DNA of 20,000 bases, taken from the NCBI GenBank assembly GCA_050230475.1, contig JBFLGF010000089.1, positions 48,400 to 68,399 on the forward strand. Direction: 5' to 3'. Shown here one piece after another: positions 1 to 8,870 of this stretch; position 1 is the first letter of the stretch; each line of letters starts with the position of its first letter. The notes beneath the pieces are model-generated. The model searched no databases. It was given only the letters and a program-made list of their open reading frames with translations, and was not told where the DNA came from. A program made the position numbers and the translations under genes. This DNA is from Ancylonema sp. (taxonomy: Eukaryota).

Positions 1-238
1 GGGATCTCCGGACGTGTCCGCAACGCGTCCGGGCCCGGACGCCAGAGCCAAAATCTGATAGTCATATATGTGGAACCCCCATATTTGTGTAACTTCAGGT
101 TGAAAAAAAAAAACCTTCCTTTTTGCATCTTAATTGCGTCCCTGACCGTCCGGGGATCCCCGGACGAGTCCGGGACGCGTCCGGGTCCGGACGTGTCCCG
201 GACGCGTCCCGCATCCTCGCGTTCGGGACGCAAATATG
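1..238. mobile_element. End of an hAT-like MITE with GGACG/CGTCC subterminal repeats (probably continues left of the window)
   Basis: Dense GGACG/CGTCC motifs at 10-41 and 137-230, ending in GCAAATATG, a variant of the CAACTATG terminus; CATATTTG also at 80-87. No TSD found. Confidence 0.55.
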
Positions 239-409
239 ATCCCAATCAATGAACGGTTGGATATGAACATGCTATTTTATTTCATCTGTTTTTTTCATTT
301 TGCTACAACTTGGCAAGCCACAAATGAAACATGTATATCACACGTGTGAGGTACTGGAAAAAAAATGAAGCCCCCGTCCTTTTTCCCAGCGGAAAAAAAT
401 TCTAGCAAA

Positions 410-505
410 AAAACCCTAAAAATTTCCCGGTCCGACCGGGTTCCGACTCGGAACCCGGTCCGACCGCGGTCCGGAAATTCAGTGTTGCCGGTCCGTGCAA
501 CTATG
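410..505. mobile_element. Right end of an hAT-like MITE with CGGTCC subterminal repeats
   Basis: AAAACCCTAAAAAT, a CCGGTCCGACC array, then GTGCAACTATG. 426-477 is an inverted near-copy of 1885-1935, and the architecture recurs at 2951-3036. Confidence 0.6.
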
Positions 506-894
506 GTTCGGGCCGTACGTCCCCAACATAACTAATATGCGCCGACCATAGAACGGGATCCGACGATGTTTTGATTCTGTTGTTTAAGGGCCGTTTAAAA
601 GTTTATTTCATTCGACCATTACAGTGGTGTGTAAGGGTATACCATCCTATCTTGTTCTCTTTTATTCGTTAGTTAGGTCCGCATCAGCACCTCGCGAATG
701 AAATCACATCAAACAATGCACCAAATAACATGGGATAATGCTTTGCACCGAATACAAATCATACGGCAACTATACACGACTTCTGGGTTAAGGCTACTTA
801 TCAACGCTTTTTTAACAACTAAGTGTCTGTAACATTCATATGCACCCATTTTGAGGCCACAATCAAGTTCCCCCCCCCCCTTTTTTTCCCCCTG

Positions 895-1013
895 TGGGTC
901 CCGCTCCGCTCGCCCAATTCGCGAGCACGGCTCCGAGTCGGCTCACGCATGAGCCGGATCCGAGCCGGCTCGCAAAACTGCCGGCTCGAGGACCAACTAT
1001 GCGCCCAACTATG
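895..1013. mobile_element. Right end of an hAT-like MITE with GAGCC/GGCTC repeats and a doubled CAACTATG terminus
   Basis: GAGCCGGCTC-type motifs at 920-990; CAACTATG at 994-1001 and 1006-1013. Confidence 0.55.
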
Positions 1014-1841
1014 CCTGAGGTACATGGTAGTGCAACGTATGGCAACAATTTAAATACCCGTAGTGGGCAACCGCGTCTACGATCCGCGGGTGGAAACACC
1101 ATAGTTGGCGCGAGACCGTCCGAGGATCTAGGAATCCTTTGCCTCGGCAGGTTTGAGGAGAGACTGTTCAGGGAACGGTGCCGGAATTGGACACCCCAGC
1201 CCAACACTAAAAAGGCCAAAACGAGTAGATCGACATTACCGTACCGGCCAAAGACGACCAGAAAATGCGCCAGGAAAGAATTGCATGTTTCTACCCGAAA
1301 CATGTGCTCCATATTTGGAGCACATGTTTTTGGCGCGTACTAAAATAATCATATTGACCACGGTGGTGCGCACTGTTAGCACATACAAAACACGGAAGTA
1401 GAAAAAAATATGGTATTTATTTATGAACAAAAAAAAACAAAAAACAAAAAAAAAAGATTGGTCCTTTTTAAAGCTGCTCATTCAAAATGTATGTGGCGCA
1501 CACCTTTGGCTCATTTTTTTTAATTTTGTTTTAATGATAACATTTCAGATCTGCTAGTGCATTATACTTGGCCGCTACAGTATGCCGTAGCGTGTGATTT
1601 CGAGTGACGAGTATTCACTCACCATGTGTACATCAACATGTGTGAATCACTTTCGTAGCACCAAAAACTAGGGATCAAATTGCCACGGTCATTTAAACAA
1701 GTTATCCTTGAAAATCATATCATCGGATGAAGCATCTCAAAATACGAGAGCATAATGCAGAAAGTGTGTGTGCTAATGCAGAAATGGTTGTGTGCATAGA
1801 ACTTGGATTCTGATGTTTGTTTATTGCATTGTGTGCTTAGT

Positions 1842-2222
1842 CACAGTTGAAGCCTTCGGCTTGAAGATACTGGCAAAATTATTTTTTCGGACCGCGGTCG
1901 GACCGGGTCTGGAGTCGGGACCTAGTCGGACCGGGGATCTTTTGTACTTTTTATTTTCCCCGACAAATTTTGGGGGGAAATGGACAATCCGGGGACATTT
2001 GAAGGTGTACATTTTTGTTATATTTATACACAATGCGCAAGCCGAAACAGTAAACAAATGTGATTTCTCTTAGTTTTTTATCCCGCGGTGAACCTCTCAA
2101 AATCCCGCAAGAATAACTGAAAATAGCATACCACCGCCGGTCCGGCATTTTGACCTGAAAGGATGGATATCGGTCCGGAATTAAGACCTCGGAACCCCGG
2201 TCCGCCACTCCATTTAACTATA
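1842..2222. mobile_element. Degenerate hAT-like MITE of the GGACCG family
   Basis: CACAGTTG ... TAACTATA degenerate ends; GGACCG array at 1888-1934 and CGGTCC array at 2138-2205; no clean TSD. Confidence 0.5.
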
Positions 2223-2500
2223 GTTATAGTTGCGCCCGATCCGATCAGGAGAATCTCATATCTCGTGAAAACGACGGGCGGGGGCGGGGGGGCTTTGCAT
2301 GCAGTGCATACAAAGCCCAAAGGGTATGGTGCATACTATGCACCATATGGTTATAAAACCCGGATGGTTTTTTTTTTAAAGTCCCTCATTGGGCCCTACC
2401 TGGTTGCGGAATCTCTGACCCAAAGCCGCTTTGGACATCGATGGGGCCCCGAATGTGTCTAACTCTTTGCTTGCAGTCATCTTTGTGTAAACAGAGCACC

Positions 2501-2721
2501 CATAGTGGCCATACATAATGACCCGGATTTTTTTTAACGAATTAAAGTAGCCAAGAAACCACCACTTGACCCAACCCGCGCACCCAAAATCCTGAAAAAT
2601 ATATATTATCTGGTGACCCACATTATAGAATGACCCACGTATTTTAAAATATAAATTATTTCATTTGACCCGACCCACCCTTTTCAGAATTGTTTGAGGG
2701 TCATTATATGTGGCCAGTACG
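2501..2721. mobile_element. hAT-like MITE with GACCC internal repeats
   Basis: 24-bp TIR CATAGTGGCCATACATAATGACCC / GGGTCATTATATGTGGCCAGTACG (20/24); repeated TGACCC motifs; TSD not preserved. Confidence 0.7.
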
Positions 2722-2919
2722 GTATTACCGCGTCTTATTGTGGTGTGATCAAGGACATTTTAACATAGAAACTGTGCGCCGTCTTTATACGGAAACAATA
2801 TTTGAATAAATTTGAACAATATATTTAACAATAATTGCGATTGTACTAACCACAATTGACAGGGTGCCGTGATTATCTATCCGTACTATCGAATTCACCC
2901 CCCCGTAAATTGTATGGTT

Positions 2920-3036
2920 GTGAAAAAAAAAAAAAATCGCAGAAAATATGAAAACCCTAAAAATCACCCAGTTCGGTACCGGTTCCATCTCGGAGCCGGT
3001 TCCCAAATGGAGAAACGGCCGATTTGTGCAACTATG
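2920..3036. mobile_element. Right end of an hAT-like MITE next to the HCF152 stop codon
   Basis: AAAACCCTAAAAAT, CCGGTTCC repeats and a GTGCAACTATG terminus, as at 410-505. Confidence 0.55.
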
Positions 3037-3065
3037 GTAGTAGTTATTTAAAGACGCATATTTGA

Positions 3066-3350
3066 CTACACAGGGGGTTTCCAAGATCTATCCCTCCAGT
3101 CCCAATCCCCCCGATAATAATTGTTAGGTAGGCCCAACCAAAACTTAAAAGCTTCTACACTCTTGTTTGCTTTGCGCGCCACCATAGACGTAGACTGTGG
3201 GGGGCCCTCGGCTCTCTCAAAATCTCTTGTAGCAAAATCCTTCCTCCCGTTCCTTAAATCCGAATACAACTCGATGAAGAGTCGTTTGTACTTGAGTCTG
3301 TCCGCTGATATCCCACTCTCCTCCATGCACCTCACAATTTCAAGCGCTCT
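3066..3350 (-). CDS. HCF152: HCF152-like PPR protein, exon 7 (last repeat and conserved non-PPR C-terminus); spliced product about 755 aa from ATG 7273
   Basis: Acceptor CCTGCAG|AGA; encodes RALEIVRCMEESGI...KYK...EAFKFWLGLPNNYY, the HCF152 C-terminal signature. Stop TAG at 3068-3066. Exon lengths sum to 2268 nt (756 codons). Confidence 0.92.
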   Translation of the reverse strand, partial: RALEIVRCMEESGISADRLKYKRLFIELYSDLRNGRKDFATRDFERAEGPPQSTSMVARKANKSVEAFKFWLGLPNNYYRGDWDWRDRSWKPPV

Positions 3351-3675
3351 CTGCAGGTTCAAATGCTGAGTCCGAATGAGACATAACACTTTTGAAGGGC
3401 CGGCTTAGGTTGTTCACACTCCAATAAAATAATATCTACCTCTTTGCATCACAGCAAGTTTGAAGACCGGTGCTGATGTTTTCCTTTTCTAGTTATGATC
3501 CATCTCCAACTTTCCCAAACAAACAAGTCAACTTGCGTGATTGTATCTATTGAAAAACCCTCAGGCTTTATTGACCTGTATCGATGCACCAATCAGGCCA
3601 CCACTTGCTTCACTTTCTGGTACCTCCTACTCTGCAGCTTGCCCTATTTCTGTTTTTTTATTTGAATCCTCATAC

Positions 3676-3930
3676 CTGGAAGTAACCGGCTCTGACGCAC
3701 ACATAGACGAGGTCATCGAGAAGCGCCTCGTCCGCCTCAAACGGCTCCTCCCCCCCCCCCTTCTTCCATCTGGTCGGTCGCTGTGCCTCCACCTGTAGCG
3801 CCAGCTGTCCTGCCTCCACCCTCTCCTTGATCTCCCTCCAAAGAACCAGACACTGTGGGGCGAGGTTGAGGTTGCTGTACCCTCTCACCAAAGTGCCATA
3901 GGTGGGCAGGTTGGGAAGGACACCTGCAGC
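3676..3930 (-). CDS. HCF152: HCF152-like PPR protein, exon 6
   Basis: Acceptor TTCCCCAG|GCT; encodes GVLPNLPTYGTLVRG...LVLWREIKER...DEALLDDLVYVCVRAGYFQ (cf. recalled LLLWKEIKER...DEGLLDTLADICVRAAFF). Donor CAG|GTATG; 255 bp. Confidence 0.92.
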
Positions 3931-4304
3931 CTGGGGAAAGAAGGAAGAAACGTATGTTGTCCAGTATGCAAAGTACCTCTTGTCTCTCCCTATGCCCTCT
4001 GAGTGGTTCGGGTTTTGTGATTGAATGACCACCTCGTTAGGCCCCTCGGGTGTATTCAAATATCTGTATGAGACTGTGCAAATACGCACCAAAGCGGAGA
4101 ACTTTGCACAGAACTTTGTCAACCACAAGATCTTGAAGTTAATCTAAAGAGTTAGTGGTCCGATTGCCATCCACTAGTAGCATCTGGGCCTTGATCACAT
4201 GCACAGCGTCGGGAGATACAAGTATGAATTCTCACGAGCTCGGCAAACATAGCCTCAAGCTCCAACAGCCTCCTCTGCTTCCATACCCACTGCCATCAGC
4301 TTAC

Positions 4305-4853
4305 CTTCATGTTGCAAAAGGCTGTGTCCGCTTCCTCCATCAGCCCTGCCCTCGCAAAGCTGTTGATTAAACTATTCCAGGCTGGCCGATCCACTCCCAC
4401 TCCGGGATCACTTTCCATCTCCTCAAAGACCCTTGCTGCCAGCCATGGCTGCCCGCTCTCTCCAAAAGACTTTATCACATTCGTGTAACTCTGAGCTGAG
4501 GCAGCCAACCCCGCTCTCCTCATCCGTTTGAACCACTCTAAGGCCCCCGCGCTGTCTTCCATACGGATACAGCCGTCGATGAGGATGTTGTAGGTGATGA
4601 CGTCAGCTGCCACGTCAGCCTCACGCATCTCCTTGAAAAGACAGGTGGCGCGGTCCAGTTGCCCATTTCGACAGTAGCCGCTGATGAGGGTGTTGTAAGT
4701 CACCACATTTGCAGGGATGCGGAGCTCCGTCATCTCCGCGAGAAGCTTCTGAGCAGCTTCCAGGTGGCCTGAGCTGGCGTATGCACCAATGACGGACGTG
4801 TAGGCGACCTCGTTGGGAGGGAACCCGTAGTCGCTCTGCATGCTGTCCAAAAG
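4305..4853 (-). CDS. HCF152: HCF152-like PPR protein, exon 5 (about five tandem 35-aa PPR motifs)
   Basis: Acceptor TCGCAG|CTT; encodes PNEVAYTSVI...PANVVTYNTLISGYC...DVITYNILIDGCIRMEDSAGALEWF...SGQPWLAARVFEEMESDPGVGVD, closely matching recalled HCF152 motifs (IIDGCILIDDSAGAL; SGQPKLANRVFDEM). Donor AAG|GTAAG; 549 bp. Confidence 0.93.
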
Positions 4854-5214
4854 CTGCGAAGGGGATACACAGCATTCGTTCACTGGACCTGCTGATTCAC
4901 ACCAACATTCCTGGTTGGCTCCCTGGTATGCTTCTCAGACATACGGAAACATGAGCAAGGAAACAAAAGCTACACCTACACTGCCCTGTTTCGTGTACCA
5001 CGGCCTTCTATTTTCATCGTTACACATCCGATCTACTATATTCATTTTCAGCTGAACTGCTGAAGAAGAGTGCCGGGATGTGACACTCTGCGAATGCTCT
5101 TTCCAAATCTCGAACAAACCAACATGCTAACAAGGGACTACCCACCGCCCTTCCAATGTCGTCACTATCTACCCTACCTTCCATTCTACGCCCCTGACGT
5201 CCCACTCCTCTTAC

Positions 5215-5412
5215 CATCCTGGCTTTGTGCACTTCCTTCTGCTCCAAGAACCCGTTGATGAGCGTGGTCAGCGTTCGCACCGCAGGCTTGCAGCGGGGTC
5301 CGAGTTTCTGCATCTCTCGCACAACCGCCTCCCCTGCCGGCACGTCTCCCATGCCCACGTATGCGGACACCAAGGTGTTGTATGTCGCCTGGTCTGGCAT
5401 CACTCCCGCTTT
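5215..5412 (-). CDS. HCF152: HCF152-like PPR protein, exon 4
   Basis: Acceptor GTGCAG|AAA; encodes KAGVMPDQATYNTLVSAYVGMGD...KPAVRTLTTLINGF; donor ATG|GTAAG; 198 bp, phase 0/0. Confidence 0.9.
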
Positions 5413-5755
5413 CTGCACATCACAAAAATGAGTGCTGCAGGCTTGTGAGGCTTGCCTGCGTCTACGACAAAAGAGCTGGACCGGTGACATAACTGGTGGT
5501 TGACTGATGGAAATGAAAACGAGCTTCCGTGAAAAATGAGCATGCATTCACTTTGTTTGAATGTTCGACCATACAACACTTCCAACCCAACACACTCTTC
5601 GGTTCCATGTCTTTCCCAAGCAGTAATTAGGGTGATGGGGTCCTTTCTACTGCCCATGGGAACGTCATCACCATTCTGGTACACAACACATGATTTTTAC
5701 ATGGCAGTCCATTCCAAGTATGTCCATTACAAGTATGGCAGTCCATTCCACGGAC

Positions 5756-5962
5756 CTGCATTTTTCCAATCACTCCACGCATTTTATCGCACTCGCCCTG
5801 CAGGGCGTACCCCTTGACAAGAATGTTGTACGCCATGACGTCAGCAGCCACCCCCAGCTCCGGCATCCTGGGATCCAGCAAGTGCTCCGCTGCTTGCAGA
5901 TCGCCAGCTGTCACTGCTGCATTGATAGCGGCATTGCAGGCGCCTGCATCTGGACGGGAAGC
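5756..5962 (-). CDS. HCF152: HCF152-like PPR protein, exon 3
   Basis: Acceptor ATGCAG|GCT; encodes ASRPDAGACNAAINAAVTAGD...ADVMAYNILVKGYALQG; donor CAG|GTCCG; 207 bp, phase 0/0. Confidence 0.9.
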
Positions 5963-6149
5963 CTGCATTGGAGCAGGAGATGAATTTGTACAAAGTAATA
6001 GTACCATACAAGCAAGTGATTGCTTGTACCATACAAGCACCTACCCTGCTCCATAGGCTCTATCGACCATGAGTTGTTCAAAAAAGTAAGTATCATGGAG
6101 CAGTTTAGAGGGCTTCAGGGTCCTTGCAGGCGAGGGGACGTAGGTTCAC

Positions 6150-6298
6150 CTGAGACCTCTCCCCATCACACATCTGGTTGAAAAGCTGCAGAGCTCTCCC
6201 AGCAGTCCGAGCGTTTCTGCCCAAGCGAGCCACCACGGAGCTCCATGTGGCGACTCGTGGTTCATACCCGTCCGCCATCATGGCTTGCAGGAGATCCT
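6150..6298 (-). CDS. HCF152: HCF152-like PPR protein, exon 2
   Basis: Acceptor TTTGCAATCAG|AG completes codon GAG, giving GHLDDA-EDLLQAMMADGYEPRVATWSSVVARLG with correct PPR spacing. Donor CAG|GTGAAC. 149 bp = 2 + 49 codons. Confidence 0.85.
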
Positions 6299-6648
6299 CT
6301 GATTGCAAAGGAGGCAACAACGGATATCAAAAGTGGATAGAGAAATACCAACAGCTACTGTCGCCAAGGTGGTGTCAATTACCTGGAGAAGAATTGTCAC
6401 ATTGTCCCATGCAACTAAACAAAGATTGGTTACACCCACAACCCCTATCGGTGCTAGTGCATTTTTTCACTTGTGGTGAGTGGTGCGCAAGCAGAAGTTC
6501 ATCTGACATCCGGGCCCACTGCCAAAGAGCACAGTGGACTCTCGCAGGTCATCAATTGTATCCCAAAACGCAAGAGCAAGAAGGCAGCCCACCACTACCA
6601 GACTGTACCAACCGCTGAATGGCATATATAATGGGGATGGCATGGTAC

Positions 6649-7273
6649 CTGCATCGTCTAGATGACCCTTCCTAAGTGCGCAGTTGACAAGCGTGCCATG
6701 CGCTAATTCGTCTAATCTCAACTTCGATCTATCGGGAAACAGTTGCAACAGATGCCTGGCCGTCGCAAAAGATCCATCTCTACACAAAAGACTAATAAGC
6801 CTCAGAAAGCTCTTCTGATTTGGCAATCTTTTCACAGCTGCAAGGTCTTGTACCATCATCACTGCATCCTTAACTCTTCTGTCACTCAGGGCACACTCAA
6901 GAGCTGCATACAGCTCTTTCTCAACATCCTCCCTGCCACTATTCGTTGCAATCATAACGACTGCCGCAGACCTACTCCTTTCTGTAACTGACATAGATTT
7001 GGGGGGCGCAATGTACAGGTCGTCTCCATGACTCTCTACTGATACTTTGATGTCTACAGATACGCCAACTTCTTCGAATTCAAAATTCACAGGCCGCTGA
7101 ACAGGAAGACTCCTCCGGAGTAACTGCGGTGGAGGACGTGAGGGTTGCGGCGGTGGCAAAGGACGGGGACGAATAATTACCCTCCCTCCCATCCAAGGGC
7201 CCGGCGCCTGACACCTGGCGGGACGTGTATGCCAGCCATATTGATATTCCATCTTCCCAAGATAATCAGGCAT
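6649..7273 (-). CDS. HCF152: HCF152-like PPR protein, exon 1 (5' end uncertain; Pro/Arg-rich putative transit peptide and first PPR-like repeats)
   Basis: The open frame encodes ...LPNQKSFLRLISLLCRDG...LRLDELAHGTLVNCALRKGHLDDA, which resembles the HCF152 N-terminal repeats as I recall them (LHRLDANSLGLLAMAAAKSG). Donor GCAG|GTACC, phase 1, intron starts 6648. First in-frame ATG is 7273; an alternative is 7192 (MGGRVIIRPRPLPPPQ...). Confidence 0.75.
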
Positions 7274-8159
7274 CGACGTCTTTACTGCACCATCGTTTCC
7301 GTGCCGACAGCCATCACATGAGTTCCTTGCGTCGGCAGGAGGCGGAGCGTAGTATGGATTGGCAGAGGCGTGAAGAATTTGACATAAAACTGCAGCAGCT
7401 TCCACGATGAATGATTGGGAGCGCTTTGTGGGTTGTACTGTACAGTCCACAAAACCATGTGATCAGATGTTCTGGCAACCTGGGCTGAGCGTTCTCTGGC
7501 CGGAGACGTAGCCTGGTCGCCTTCACCAACGAGTCAACGACCGAGAGACGTGTTCACCTCGTGTGCCATTTCGGGGGTAACATCCAATTGGTCGCCACTC
7601 GGCCTAGGGTGGGACCCGCCCGCCAGAATCGGTGGCGGTCGGTGGTCGGCCGCCCGCTGACCGCCATCGAACGTCGCCGACCGCTCCGACCGCCACCCTA
7701 CTGCGATTACGCCACCCGACCGCGATGCCGCCGTCCAGCCGCGACTCCGCCGTCCAGCCGCGGTTCTTTGGCGGTTGAACCGGTCGGAAAGCGGTGGGAA
7801 CAAAGAAAAGAACATGAGGCGTTTCATTATACATAATGGAACACTGAATATATCAATGGTAGGTCCGCATAGGTCATACGAGTATTTTACACTCTCGGTT
7901 TTGGCGGCGTACAAATTTATTTTTACCCATAACTTTTTGTCCGTAAGTGTTATTTACTACAACTTGTAATTTTCAAGATGTTGGAAATGAACATTTATTG
8001 TGCGTGTAGCCTAGCATCCTTTTTTCGTTCTCAGTTTCTCAAGGCGTTATGATGTGCACTCATAAAAATAGCTACGATGGCACCGTAGGCGGCAAAACGT
8101 TGGAAATCCGACCATTGTTTAGAGAAATATTGATTTTAATATTGAACATCAATGCCTTC

Positions 8160-8612
8160 TGTAGGAATATTTGGATAGCCATACCTTATGCTTGCTAGTC
8201 CACTTGTAACCGGTTACTCTAACCGGGAGCAATATTCCTAGATGTGCTTATATGCGGGGCGAGGCACGATTGTGTCCGGGCACCTGATCTGTTGTCTACA
8301 CTTAGAGTCGTTATTGCTTGACGTGTCTTGATTGGTTTGATCTAGTCATGTCAGGAGTGTCCGGCATGTGCCGTTGACACGTAGATGAGTTGTCACAGGG
8401 ATAGGCCGACGGTCAATTGTACCGACCGTCGGCACACAACGACATGTAAAACGCATCGGGTATTACCATCCCCGATGCGATCACAATAATTAATTCGTTC
8501 CACACACGCAACTCCTGTCTCGTTGATCATCAGTGATAGTGATAGAGATCCGTACGGTCCGTTTTGTCGCCCACCAAATCTCGTGCACGTCTAATCACTC
8601 AAAAGCCATAAA
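8160..8612 (+). repeat. 5' LTR of the copia element (TGTAGG...CATAAA)
   Basis: Direct repeat of 12816-13268; preceded by the TSD and followed immediately by the PBS. Confidence 0.93.
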
Positions 8613-8626
8613 GGTTATGGGCCCAC
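8613..8626 (+). promoter_or_regulatory. Primer binding site for the 5' half-molecule of initiator tRNA-Met
   Basis: GGTTATGGGCCCAC is complementary to the anticodon arm GUGGGCCCAUAACC of plant tRNA-iMet (sequence recalled), the same PBS type as Drosophila copia. It abuts the LTR end. Confidence 0.88.
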
Positions 8627-8870
8627 GTGCGGTCTAGAGTTTAGACGCCGTGTTGGTTAAAAACTACAGGCTCCACGCGATTCGGTGCAAAGATCTCTGA
8701 AACGGTATATTCTGCCAGTGAGGGCAAATTTAGCCGTAGTTTGTTAAGTGCTGCACGCAATTTCGACATTGCGTTGCAAGAAATCGAGCTGAGTGCTGCA
8801 TTGCAGGAATTGCCCTGAGAGCTCGAGCTGCGTGAGAATTCTCGTGGAATCCTATACAACTGCTGCCATA

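Noticed and set aside
410..423. AAACCCTAA telo-box (also 2951-2964 and 19649-19657) as telomere or promoter element
   Set aside because: Single copies embedded in MITE sequence, not tandem arrays and not near a gene start.
426..1935. Inverted repeat pair 426-477 / 1885-1935 as the TIRs of one 1.5-kb element
   Set aside because: The termini (505 and ~1842) face each other, so they are the right end of one copy and the left end of another.
70..3084. Many 60-150 aa ORFs in the first 3 kb
   Set aside because: They run through GC-rich MITE repeat arrays and homopolymer tracts, often have non-ATG starts, and show no recognisable domain.
5701..6039. Short direct repeats in PPR introns (ATGGCAGTCCATTCCA x2; GTACCATACAAGCA x2) as introner-like TSDs
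   Set aside because: They are local tandem duplications inside introns, not at both intron boundaries, and the introns are not similar to each other.
6467..6648. Hydrophobic extension (WYSLVVVGCLLALAFW) of the exon-1 ORF as a membrane-anchored isoform
   Set aside because: It is read-through into intron 1; splicing 6649 to 6298 restores exact PPR spacing, and nothing here indicates intron retention.
3121..7410. Plus-strand ORFs overlapping the PPR gene
   Set aside because: They are antisense shadows of GC-rich exons with no independent coding signal.
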